From contig OZ024746.1 in the NCBI GenBank assembly GCA_964016885.1, positions 34,472,001 to 34,536,000 of the forward strand: a DNA stretch of 64,000 bases. Reading direction: 5' to 3'. This DNA comes from Eledone cirrhosa (lineage: Eukaryota). The translations under genes were made by a program, and so were the position numbers. Shown here piece by piece: positions 51,501 through 63,909 of the stretch (positions within the stretch are counted from its first letter, which is position 1; every line of letters begins with the position of its first letter). Below the pieces are notes generated by a model that saw only the letters and a program-made list of their open reading frames with translations, had not been told where the DNA came from and made no database searches.

Positions 51501-54351
51501 AGTAATGTCGATAGAGTTTAGCAAAGATGTAGCGTTAGAGTAAAATAGAAAGGAGGGGGAGTTGGTAGATATGTTAGACGAGGCTATTGGTAGGGGCATT
51601 GCAACTGACGTGCTAGCGGCGAGAATGGCATTAGACCATTTCTTCAATGAGAAACACGAAGATTCCATTGTCAGAGCTAAGGCGCGTGCTCTGAGAAACG
51701 AGGGAACCAAAGCGATTCGATGGGACCGCGTGGCAGAGGCGCAGCGTGGTAATAAAACCACGATTCGGTCTTTGACGGACCGAGAAGGGCACGAACTGAA
51801 CGATTCCAAGAGGATGTGTGAGGCCGTTCGCCAACATTTGCTCGGTTGTTCGGGGGAAGTGGCGAGTCAGAGATGGTGGCGGACTTCAGTCCTTAACTCG
51901 ATGGCTTGCCGCAACTCTCGACGGCTAACGCTGGGCGCTGCGAAAGGCCAATTACTTCAGCCGAGATTCAGGATGCCCTTCTCGGCTACATGAGGCGCAA
52001 GTCACCCGGTTTGGATGGTCAGCCCTACGGCTTTACGTAAATATGCTAGACTTGTTCTCCAATCTCCTCGAAGCCCTCTACTGCAACTGGCAGCAAAACG
52101 GGAATATTCCCAGTTCTGTGAGCCGGGGCGTAGTGACGCTGAAAAGGAAAGACGAGAACAAGAGGGCCGCATTGGTCAATTTCAGGCCCACAACTCTGCC
52201 CAACACAGAGTTTAAGATTTGGGCCAGGGTGTTAGCGAAGAGGTTGGCACTTGTCGTCGGGGATTTGGTTGCCGGAGGCGCAAACTTGCGCAATCCCAAC
52301 CAGGTCCATACACGACAACCTCCACCTAATGCGATACATCATAGAGAGGGTTGGGTGTAAATCTGGCTTCGGTGGGGCTCTGATCAATTTAGATCAATCG
52401 AAACCATTCGATATGGTCGACCATCGGTACCTGGAGGCTGTCCTCAAGGCGGCTAGCTTCGACCCCGTCTTCAGAAGCTGCATCGCTGCAATGCACAGCG
52501 GCACCTGCTCGATGGTCAAAAGTAATGGTCACCTCTCGGAACCGTTTCAGGTCTCCGATCGGTCCGTCAAGGGTGCCCTCTCTCTTCCCTTCTGTACGTA
52601 TTGACTGTCGAGCCTTTACTGCGGAAGCTGGAGCTGTTGCAGGGCATCCCGCTCGAACCGGGACGCGGAAAGGCTGTGTCGGCTTATGCGGACGAAATCA
52701 CCGTCATGGTGTCGGACACCTCAGAAATCGAGGTGGTCGGCAACTTATTGGAGGAATATGAAAAGTTGACGGGAGCAAAACTTAACCCGGAAAAGACGGT
52801 GGGCTTGCAAGTCGGCACCTGGAGAGGCAAGTTCATGCCGTCCAACAGCGTCTTTAGGCGCTTGATGGACGGTCCGGTAAAGTTGCTAGGGGTTTGGTTC
52901 GGGCCAGACCTCCAGGCGTATAAGAATTGGGACGAGGTGACGGGCAGAGTAGCCAGTCTCACCCAGAAATGGGCTGGGATGAAGCTATCACTGAAAGGTC
53001 GGGCGGAGGTGGCGAACGCGTACATCGCGTCTGTCATTTACTACCTTCTGACCGTCGTCCTTTGCCCCCGTTCGCACCTCGCCACCTTGGAGCGGCTCCT
53101 CTTCAAATTCTTGTGGAGATGTCAGGTTCCGCTGGTGAAGTGGTCCATCTGCTGCAAGCACCCTCTACATGGAGAGCTGGGCATGCCGTAGCTAATGATG
53201 CGCAGACCCACGCTGAGGCAGCGGCATCTCCAGATATTCTGTCTAAACGGTGAACAGTTGGGTCGCCGTTTGTCAGACGGGCCTTTCTGCAGCTCGTTTA
53301 TTTGACTGAGCTGCAGTCCTGGGTCAAGAAGATACCGAGACTGGGTGACTGGCATCTAGAATGTTGCGAGGCACTCACTGCCCTCTACCAGACGGGCAAT
53401 GCGGTCAGTGGAACCTCCACTCTCGAGTTCTATACATAATTAGTGGTGGGCAAGTGCGACGACGCACTCGGAGAGGCTCTGGGAGTCAACGAAGTCGAAC
53501 TAACCAGTTTGTACCGGAGGACTTTCGAGCCGGGGCCGATGGATAATTTCCAAAAATCCCTCGCTTGGCAGTGCTACCGGGGGGAACAGCCGGTTCGAGA
53601 GAAACTCTACAGGCCCGGAAGTGCTGTCAGACGGACCTGCCCGAGATGCGCGCAGAGCAACGAAACCGTTCTGCACGCACTCGTCCAGTGTCCGTTCATT
53701 ACTGACTTGTGGAGTTATGTTGAACAGCTGTTGTCGCGTGTAGAACGGATCCGGCTAGCGGCCCAATCCATAGTGAAGATGGACCCGCCGCCTTCTTTTG
53801 GCCAGGAAGGGCAGGCAATTTTCCTCTGTCTGGTGGCAGTAGCGCAAGAGGTTGTATGGTGGACGAGGTTGAAAGGACTGCAGACAGACATTTTTCTCTT
53901 CGGCCAATCCCACATCAACGTTTTCAAGTTTCACTTGGAAAGGAAGGCGAGGGTGGAGAGAGAAGTGCTGCCCACCAGTACATTTGTTGAAAGGTGGGTG
54001 AATGTGACGAGAATGACCCGTGTGAGTGGGCCTACTCTGGTCATGCGGCTCTAGGTATGTAAATTTTAGGAGAGGGGTGCCCTTCCAGGGTGCTCTCGAA
54101 GTGTCGGGTCGTCAGGACTGGTGGGGTACCTGAGCGAACCCTAGGTGGTCATCCCCCCTATTGGGGATATTTTTCTTGTTGTAATTTTCTTGTTACTTTA
54201 TTTTTACTTTGTTATTGTAACTTTGTTATTGTTATTCATATTTTTTACTCGATTTTTCTGTAAAACCCCACTGTCCCAGTCTTATGTATTGTCCCCTATA
54301 TGTCGGCCCTTGTGGCCAATAAATGAAATCATTATTATTATTATTATTATT
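48572..54351 (+). mobile_element. Full-length L1-Tx1 LINE, copy 3 (ORF1 48777-50604, ORF2 50636-54054, both disrupted)
   Basis: 5' UTR; Asn/Thr-rich ORF1 with CFVCGEKTHLRA-C knuckle; APE; RT (DQSKPFDMVDH, AYADE); CPRCAQSNETVLHALVQC; 3' ggcccttgtggccAATAAAtgaaatc. (ATT)n on both flanks. Confidence 0.96.
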
Positions 54352-54547
54352 GGCGGTGAATTGGCAGTATGGGTAGAGAGTCGGACGCCATGCTTTCTAG
54401 CATAGGTACGTCCCTTTACAGTCTGAGTTCAAATCCCGCCGAGGTTAACTTTGCCTTTCATCCTTTCGGGGTCGATAAAATAAAGTACCAGTAATACACT
54501 AGGTGATTGCTGGCCTTGTGCCAACAGTAGAAACAATTATTATTATT
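54352..54547 (+). mobile_element. Full-length family-A SINE directly after the Tx1 (ATT)n tail
   Basis: ggcggtgaattggcagta head, B box gagttcaaatccc, core gcctttcatcctttcggggtcgataaa and tail gaaacaattattatt. Confidence 0.93.
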
Positions 54548-54794
54548 AGTAGTAGTATTAGTATTAGTAGTAGTATTAATAGTGGTGGTGGTGGTGGTGG
54601 TAGTAGTTGTAGTACCAGCACCAGCACCACCACCACCACCAGCGCCGGAATTAATGGGGGTAGCAAAGAGGACAGTTTCCCCTGCCCCCCTCTCGAGCGA
54701 GTATGTGGTAACATTGACAGTCATCTTGTGTTTTTGCAGACATGAATTGGTCTCTACTCATAACATATGACATGTATCAAATGTCCTGAAACAC

Positions 54795-54879
<85 letters not shown>

Positions 54880-55384
54880 GTATATATATTTTAAGTGGAA
54901 TTAATAACGCCGTACTACGATGTATACCCTAAACTCCATATTCACCGCTGCATTTAACCTGTATAATCGAGCGAAAGATTGCTGAAAATGCAGTCGAAAT
55001 GTGGACTCTCATTCAAGTGCAAAGAATAAGACTATCCAAATGGAAATAAGGTCCCGTATGTCAGTGTAAATGTTTAGGATATTTAGGTTATTTACATCTT
55101 TTACCTTGTTGTCGTATAGCCGAACTGGAGTAATGTGTTATGCTTATGAGAGAATTTGGCTGTACCAGAGGCCTCTCTTTCACCAGACAGGAAATGATAA
55201 CATACACTGTGTTAGTGTATAACTGAAGATGTGTTTGGTTATGACGCATTAGATTTGTTGATTGTCGATGTATATTAATCACACTTCAATACATTAGATT
55301 AAATTTAATAAAACGTCATCTCTGGATCCAATAAATCAAGTTCATACATAATGTGCTTTTCAATTGCATTTCAAGGCCTATGAC

Positions 55385-55712
55385 TCGGTGACTACGGTGT
55401 TGAGCTAGCAATTGTAATTGGGTGAGCACGATTTCCTCAATGGAGCATGTTTTGTGTTCTTCAGTAAGCTACTTCATTTTATGTTGTTCCAATTTACTCA
55501 GTCTGAGAAATGAGTTGCGACGTCACTTGTACCAAACTGCAGCGACCTCTGCCTTTACCCTGTACAACGTCGGTGATGCGGAGAGAGTAGACCGGTGTGA
55601 GTGGGTGACTGCAGGTCTTCCACAAACAACCATGCCGCCTAGGCTTGTGCCTTGGACGGGAACTTCCTTGGTGCAAATCCCATAGTCATTTGTGGCCGAA
55701 GGGGTTCTTTAA
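55385..55712 (+). mobile_element. Decayed SINE (family B-like)
   Basis: Core-like ttcttcagtaagctacttcattttatgttgttccaatttactcag resembles the 23.2-kb SINE. 3' end ggtgcaaatcccatagtcatttgtggccgaagggg. Confidence 0.5.
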
Positions 55713-57441
55713 CAATTACATGTATATTTAGAATACGATGTTTTCAATTTATCTTTAATATAAAATTGGTTTATTCTAATTACTTACATATGCACTAGGC
55801 AAGATGGGAAGGGCACTGAAATACATCGACGGGTATCTTCGCTAATACTTATTCCCTCGTACATTTAAGGGTACAGGGAATGCACACTATCATGGAAAGC
55901 TTCCACAAACAGATACTGCTTGCCGGTCAATTCTCTTTACCTCAGCGTTCGCTGATACACTATTTATTTTAACACTCGTTACTAATACGAATTAGTAACA
56001 CTCGTTACTAATACGCTATATACAGGAGGCTAATATCTCAATATGCTCAAGCCTGGGCAAGAAGAAGACAAAATAGACAGAGAAATGTTTAGGAAATAAA
56101 ATTTGACAATCACTGTGGTGACAGATGTCTGGGGGTGGGGTATAAACTCATTAATCGTTCAACAAAAATTTAGAGAGAATGTATTGACGCAGACATCATA
56201 ATGATATGGTTTGTTTCCTGTATAGATGCATTTCTATAAGTAATTAACGCACTTCCTTTGAGTAACAATGGTTTACCTCAGATAGTACATTGATAAAATT
56301 GTTGTTTTCTGTTGCTCTGTGATGTGGATGTGTTTGCTGTATTATTACGGCTTAATATAATGTATACATACTATCTTATGCAGATCATATTAATCGTTTT
56401 TTATTCCCTCTTAAAGCTCCTTAGGTTACAAGGCTGTATTTTCACAGAAAATAAATAATAATACATTAAGTTGTAACAATTGTGAGGTAAGAAAAAAATC
56501 CAAACCCCTACTTTATACATGACCCTAAGTTATGAAGTCATGAACTCGTACGCACTCTCATTTAATGAGAAAAATATAGGTTGTTGCGGAAACAAGTTGA
56601 AAAACTTATTAGTTGCTACAGGCTAAACGTGATGGTGAATGGAAAATGGTTTACCTGGGAATTTCCTTTACATGGATTCATCAAAAACATTTCTGTGTGA
56701 AAATTTCAATGAAAGAAAATTGTCTGCGATTCCTTCCCGTGTCACCAGCATGTCACCTGCATATCACATGCACTCAAATGACACACGCAGTGTACTACAT
56801 ATCAAATGGGGATAAATGAGTTCTCCTATGGTTAAACAAATATTCACCTCGACCCTGGATATCGTACGGCACATCAGGATAATACATAACAAACCCCCTT
56901 CTGCATCAATGACGTATCAGGTTTCTGTACGAATGAGATCGATGAATATAAGTCATATATGTATTATAACGTTTCTAAACCAGATATTTCAAGTCGCATA
57001 TAACATTGCTGCCCCGATTACAAGGAAGGAATTGAAACATTAGTTCATGCTGAGCAAATAAAGATTACTGAATAATAAGCGTAAAATTGAGAGTTATGAT
57101 GCTTACGCTGACAATAATAACCCATCCTATTTATGAAAACTGCTGGTGATGTTGATGCAAGATAAGGAACATATCAAACGAGTGGTGAATATTTCCTTCG
57201 TTCCGCTCGTCATATTAAGTTTCAACGCTTCATGATGCAAAGATAAGGATTCTTTGATCGAAAATTACAAGGGATATATGTTACCATATTATTCTATTAT
57301 TTATTTAACGACAAACGCAAAATATTTATTTAAAATTCATAAAACGCAAATCAAGTAAGATTTAAATCGAGAATAATATAGAGAACAAATTATATTAACT
57401 CATATACATACACACACAAGCAGACACACACACACAAACAC

Positions 57442-57514
<73 letters not shown>

Positions 57515-58539
57515 CGCGCACACACACACAAACACACAAAGTAGAGGCATAAACAGCAACCATTCTCAAAGCACAAGATATGCATCTGCAGCTCACGTTT
57601 AAAAGAGACAAATAACTTCGCATTAAGGGAGGTTAGCAATATCATTTAAAGGAATTTTACTGCTGTTTAGCTCAGCATTGCTCTTTGTATCACTAGTTGT
57701 CCTGCTCGGGTGCTTGCGGTTTTACTGCAGTTTTTGTTACTGGTGCTGTTGTTCTTTTTTTGGTTAGTTATCTAATTCCTTTTCTTTCAATTAGATCAAT
57801 GGCTACCAGATCTTTGGTTCCTGATGATATTGTTTGTGGATGACACCTGCCATAGGTATTTATCTTTCTATCGAACTACGTATATTTGTAATTTTTCTTA
57901 ATTTTCCCATATATGTCTTGATGTTCATTTCAAATGTCAATGAAATAAATGACATGTACGTTTATGTACTGGACAGTTTTTGTGTATAGGTGTTAGTAAG
58001 AATATTGTTTTAGAGATAAATTACCATGACCTTTTTCAGCAGTTGGTTTTTGTGTGTAACGTCTGCTTCAGGTGTAGTAGATGATTTTGTTGGCTGCTCT
58101 CTTGTTGCCTTTCTAAAAAGAACTATTTATTGGCCTGCTCAGAGCAATGGTAACGTAGCTTCGTTTCTATTTTTTTCTCTTGTTACATTAGGTTTTGTTT
58201 TTATATCCCGTGGGTGCAACAATTGTACTCATCTCCTGATTACTACATCCATTTACCTGGAAGTAAATTATATCAGGAATGTCCAAAGTTTAATGGTATA
58301 GCATTAAAACATAAAAGTTCATGAATTTTCATGTTCCATTGTGATGAGGTCTGAAATGTTACCTTCTTGACACTACTTTTATTTGAAGAATTGTCATTTC
58401 TATGATTTGGCCACTATTCATTAATACGTTTGCCAAAATCTCAACCTTTAAAAGTAAACAGTCGAAACACATGTTAAACGTTAGATCAACGTTCTAATGA
58501 TCAAGTTACTCATTATGTTAATGGTTTCTGATTTAGACA

Positions 58540-58722
58540 AGAGGCCAACGGAAATTGGACGAGTGGAAATTTGTTTAAATCGACCCAAGTGTCTTACTGG
58601 TGTTTTCTATTATCGACAACGTAAGGATGAAATGCAAAGCTAACATCTGCGGAATTTAAAATCAGAACGTAAAGGAGCATAAGTATATGCCACAAAGTAT
58701 GTTGTCTGACTCTCTCCCGATA
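58540..58722 (-). mobile_element. Old, diverged family-A-related SINE
   Basis: tatcgacaacgtaaggatgaaatgcaaagctaacatctgcggaatttaaaatcagaacgtaaagg is a decayed reverse complement of the core. Confidence 0.7.
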
Positions 58723-59148
58723 CATAGTAATATGAAATTAAGGAATCCTAGAGATTTGATCTCCTGATTTGAGGTTGCACTAGAACTAGTGTATTCAAAT
58801 AAATCATTCAACCGTCTAGGCTGTTTGTTACTTTTCTCCACATATTACAGTAATAGAGGCTATTGATATATAAAGACTTAGTTACAAACGTCATTTCAGT
58901 GCAATCTCATTGTTAATGCTTCATGAACACAAGGAGCTGCCTTAAATAATATATTAGGGTAATTGCGGTGGAAGTGTATTCGGGTGTAATGTGCCGGAAA
59001 TGGCGTATGTATCTTTGTGTGATCATGTAACAACAGGATAATAGAGGAGAATAATTACGACGAAGTCTTTAAGTACTGTGATGAGGAAAATCACATGTGA
59101 ACGATTGCGATGGAGTTTAAGATCATGCTTATACTGATTATGACGCGT

Positions 59149-59265
59149 TTCTTCTTCTTCTTCTTCTTCTTCTTCTTCTTCTTCTTCTTCTTCTTCTTCT
59201 TCTTCTTCTTCTTCTTCTTCTTCTTCTTCTTCTTCTTCTTCTTCTTCTTCTTCTTCTTCTTCTTC
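59149..59265. repeat. (TTC)n microsatellite
   Basis: Perfect run. A nearby compound (GTT/CAT/TAC)n run is at 59690-59906. Confidence 0.98.
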
Positions 59266-59329
59266 AAAGTATGACAACTTAATATAAAGAAACTACAATC
59301 CTCCGATTTACCAACTGAGCTATCGAGGG
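59266..59329 (-). pseudogene. tRNA-Tyr(GTA) pseudogene, 5' half plus intron
   Basis: The minus strand reads CCCTCGATAGCTCAGTTGGTAAATCGGAGGATTGTAG then an intron-like stretch, matching eukaryotic tRNA-Tyr (CCTTCGATAGCTCAGTTGGTAGAGCGGAGGACTGTAG). It stops at (GAA)n. Confidence 0.8.
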
Positions 59330-59709
59330 ACTTGCTGCTTACCACCGTATTTAACATCGAATATATGATTTAGGAAAGTGCGAATGAAATTGGATTTCAT
59401 TAGTTCAGTTCAACTTAGATTAAGAATTTATTTGTTAATATATATTACGGCCATCATGCCTAACATGTTTATTTATTTTACACAGAAGAAAGAGGCTTTA
59501 TTTCGAACTATGAGAAAAAAAAGAGAACAAACAATATTCATCTGTTCGTAAACGAAAATTATCCATATATACTTCTCTGAATTAGATATTTTTGGAGATC
59601 TTGTCATTGAATATTCAGTATATCTCTACTATATAACTGTCTGTGTGATATATGTGAAAGAAAAAAGGAAATGTTCAGCTTAGAATTGTGTCTTCTTCTT
59701 CTTCTTCTC

Positions 59710-59742
<33 letters not shown>

Positions 59743-59836
59743 TTGTTGTTGTTGTTGCTGCTGTTGCTGATGCTATTATTATCATCATCATCATCATCAT
59801 GTTTTTCTTAATTGTTTGTTTTTACTACTACAACTG

Positions 59837-59906
<70 letters not shown>

Positions 59907-60953
59907 GTTTTCTATTCATATCTTTGATCTCATAATCCTTGCTTTATCTAGATCTTCTATTCCTATTTATTTCCATTTTGATCAGGTTTTCATAATTCAT
60001 GCATATTTTTGATTTAGCTCGTTGCCCCCGATTTGTTTGCTATTAGAACACACTATGTTATCTACTCCACAACCTTGGACATTTCTCAAATGTTTAAACA
60101 TATCAAAATTAATGAATCGCATTAATTACATCCATTCCTTACAAATCATTATTTTTTGTTTTTAATTATACGTCATCAATTATACCATATCAATATGTGA
60201 TGTCTATCTGAGTTAGCTGTAATTGTTCTGAAGATATGCTCATGATTTTATGACGAATTACACATTATCCATACTCCTCTTCTATGGAAAAATCTCCTTG
60301 CTCATTTCTTTCGTTGCAGTTTATTCCTCTGACTTAAGCATTCTATGTAGCTGCATCTGATTTCTAAGAAATTACCTGAAGTTATACATCTGTCATATCT
60401 CATCACTTCATATTTTAGTTCGACGGAAAGTAAAATGACAGCAGTCTTCACATACATATAATTGTAAAATATTAATATATGTATATATCATAAAAGCTGA
60501 ATCAACTATTTTAAAAATATATAGAGGAGAAAAGAATATTTAGATTTGTGAAAAAGAACTTTAAAATCACATATTGTCTCATATTTTTAGATTAAGAGAA
60601 CGTTGGACGAAAATTGACAAGGATGGATTTAGAAAATGTATATATATATGCGTGTGTGCGTGTGTGTGCGTGGGGGTGTCGGGTGCATATGTGTGTGTGT
60701 GAGTGTATGTATGCGTATATATGTTACCATACATTTAAAAAAAATATATGTGCGTGAATAATACATTTTTTTAAATATATGTATGTGAATATATATATAT
60801 ATATATACTCATACGTACTAAAATTATATATATATACTCATACGCACCAAAATTAGACTTATCGTCGCCTACTTTTGCTCTTTACTCTCTTTACTCTTTG
60901 TTCTTGGGTGCTTGGTTGGTAGAGTCCATAACACCAATCAAACCCCATTTATA

Positions 60954-61000
60954 GCTCTGATGAATCCTACGGTTACACGTAATGAAGAAAAATTGTTAGC
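60954..61000 (+). ncRNA. Degenerate hammerhead-like motif
   Basis: gct CTGATGA atcctacggttacacgtaatgaa GAAA aattg TT agc, then AATAAA. Confidence 0.5.
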
Positions 61001-61046
61001 CAATAAAAATCTTTTGATGTTGTAGACGCTCTTGTGTTCTTTTTCA

Positions 61047-61083
<37 letters not shown>

Positions 61084-61087
<4 letters not shown>

Positions 61088-63868
61088 AATTAAATTAAAA
61101 ATGTACATCCACATATGTATACTGAAATACTAGTATGCATATGAATACACACACGTGTACATATGTAGATGTACCGAGTTTTTCACTGGACACTTTACTG
61201 TGAGTGTCCAGCTATTCTGTATGTAAACACACAGACAAACCGGTTTTTAGAGTCATACTGGTTTTCGAGGAAACACCTTTCCTCTATTCTCCAGAAAGCC
61301 AGACAAGGAATATTGGACTAGTTTCGATGTTGTTACATCTCATCAGCAATATTTACCTATCTTCCGGCCTTTCTAGAGAATCGTAAAAGCACATATCGTT
61401 ATATGCTTTTTCTATGAAAATTAGTAGTGGGCAGACTAATTTGCATAGAGCGTGAGTACGTACCGGTTCAGCGGAGACGATAAAAACAAATAACGAAAGT
61501 TACAAACGAAACGAAATTTAATTTCGTTTCGTTATTTGTTTTTATCGTCTCCGCTGAACCGGTACGTACTCACGCTCTATGCAAATTAGTCTGCCCACTA
61601 CTAATTTTCATAGAAAAAGCATATAACGATATGTGCTTTTACGATTCTCTAGAAAGGCCGGAAGATAGGTAAATATTGCTGATGAGATGTAACAACATCG
61701 AAACTAGTCCAATATTCCTTGTCTGGCTTTCTGGAGAATAGAGGAAAGGTGTTTCCTCGAAAACCAGTATGACTCTAAAAACCGGTTTGTCTGTGTGTTT
61801 ACATACAGAATAGCTGGACACTCACAGTAAAGTGTCCAGTGAAAAACTCGGTACATCTACATATGTACACGTGTGTGTATTCATATGCATACTAGTATTT
61901 CAGTATACATATGTGGATGTACATTTTTAATTTAATTCTTTAAGCGTCAGTCATACAAAATTGAGTTACAAACGAAACGAAATTTAATTTCGTTTCGTTA
62001 TTTGTTTTTATCGTCTCCGCTGAACCGGTACGTACTCACGCTCTATGCAAATTAGTCTGCCCACTACTAATTTTCATAGAAAAAGCATATAACGATATGT
62101 GCTTTTACGATTCTCTAGAAAGGCCGGAAGATAGGTAAATATTGCTGATGAGATGTAACAACATCGAAACTAGTCCAATATTCCTTGTCTGGCTTTCTGG
62201 AGAATAGAGGAAAGGTGTTTCCTCGAAAACCAGTATGACTCTAAAAACCGGTTTGTCTGTGTGTTTACATACAGAATAGCTGGACACTCACAGTAAAGTG
62301 TCCAGTGAAAAACTCGGTACATCTACATATGTACACGTGTGTGTATTCATATGCATACTAGTATTTCAGTATACATATGTGGATGTACATTTTTAATTTA
62401 ATTCTTTAAGCGTCAGTCATACAAAATTGAGTTACAAACGAAACGAAATTTAATTTCGTTTCGTTATTTGTTTTTATCGTCTCCGCTGAACCGGTACGTA
62501 CTCACGCTCTATGCAAATTAGTCTGCCCACTACTAATTTTCATAGAAAAAGCATATAACGATATGTGCTTTTACGATTCTCTAGAAAGGCCGGAAGATAG
62601 GTAAATATTGCTGATGAGATGTAACAACATCGAAACTAGTCCAATATTCCTTGTCTGGCTTTCTGGAGAATAGAGGAAAGGTGTTTCCTCGAAAACCAGT
62701 ATGACTCTAAAAACCGGTTTGTCTGTGTGTTTACATACAGAATAGCTGGACACTCACAGTAAAGTGTCCAGTGAAAAACTCGGTACATCTACATATGTAC
62801 ACGTGTGTGTATTCATATGCATACTAGTATTTCAGTATACATATGTGGATGTACATTTTTAATTTAATTCTTTAAGCGTCAGTCATACAAAATTGAGTTA
62901 CAAACGAAACGAAATTTAATTTCGTTTCGTTATTTGTTTTTATCGTCTCCGCTGAACCGGTACGTACTCACGCTCTATGCAAATTAGTCTGCCCACTACT
63001 AATTTTCATAGAAAAAGCATATAACGATATGTGCTTTTACGATTCTCTAGAAAGGCCGGAAGATAGGTAAATATTGCTGATGAGATGTAACAACATCGAA
63101 ACTAGTCCAATATTCCTTGTCTGGCTTTCTGGAGAATAGAGGAAAGGTGTTTCCTCGAAAACCAGTATGACTCTAAAAACCGGTTTGTCTGTGTGTTTAC
63201 ATACAGAATAGCTGGACACTCACAGTAAAGTGTCCAGTGAAAAACTCGGTACATCTACATATGTACACGTGTGTGTATTCATATGCATACTAGTATTTCA
63301 GTATACATATGTGGATGTACATTTTTAATTTAATTCTTTAAGCGTCAGTCATACAAAATTGAGTTACAAACGAAACGAAATTTAATTTCGTTTCGTTATT
63401 TGTTTTTATCGTCTCCGCTGAACCGGTACGTACTCACGCTCTATGCAAATTAGTCTGCCCACTACTAATTTTCATAGAAAAAGCATATAACGATATGTGC
63501 TTTTACGATTCTCTAGAAAGGCCGGAAGATAGGTAAATATTGCTGATGAGATGTAACAACATCGAAACTAGTCCAATATTCCTTGTCTGGCTTTCTGGAG
63601 AATAGAGGAAAGGTGTTTCCTCGAAAACCAGTATGACTCTAAAAACCGGTTTGTCTGTGTGTTTACATACAGAATAGCTGGACACTCACAGTAAAGTGTC
63701 CAGTGAAAAACTCGGTACATCTACATATGTACACGTGTGTGTATTCATATGCATACTAGTATTTCAGTATACATATGTGGATGTACATTTTTAATTTAAT
63801 TCTTTAAGCGTCAGTCATACAAAATTGAGTTACAAACGAAACGAAATTTAATTTCGTTTCGTTATTTG

Positions 63869-63873
<5 letters not shown>
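61084..63873 (+). repeat. 466-bp tandem array (5 units plus a partial, 61499-63873) preceded by an inverted ~415-bp arm (61084-61498), flanked by (TA)n
   Basis: Units start gttacaaacgaaacg at 61499, 61965, 62431, 62897, 63363 and 63829. The ORF track shows identical translations at a 466-bp period. Confidence 0.98.
61672..61716 (+). ncRNA. Intact minimal type I hammerhead ribozyme (also 62138, 62604, 63070, 63536 on plus and 61309-61353 on minus)
   Basis: aatattg CTGATGA gatgt-aaca-acatc GAAA ctag TC caatatt: 7-bp stem I, 5-bp stem II, palindromic ACTAGT stem III and a GUC cleavage site. Confidence 0.92.

Positions 63874-63909
<36 letters not shown>

Noticed and set aside
56600-57150. Possible very old L1/Tx1 RT remnant (VMVNGK..., AYADN)
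   Set aside because: Too degenerate to support by eye.
61204-63685. Repeated 60-aa ORF MSSYSVCKH...
   Set aside because: GTG start, antisense to the hammerhead and no recognisable domain; a by-product of the repeat.
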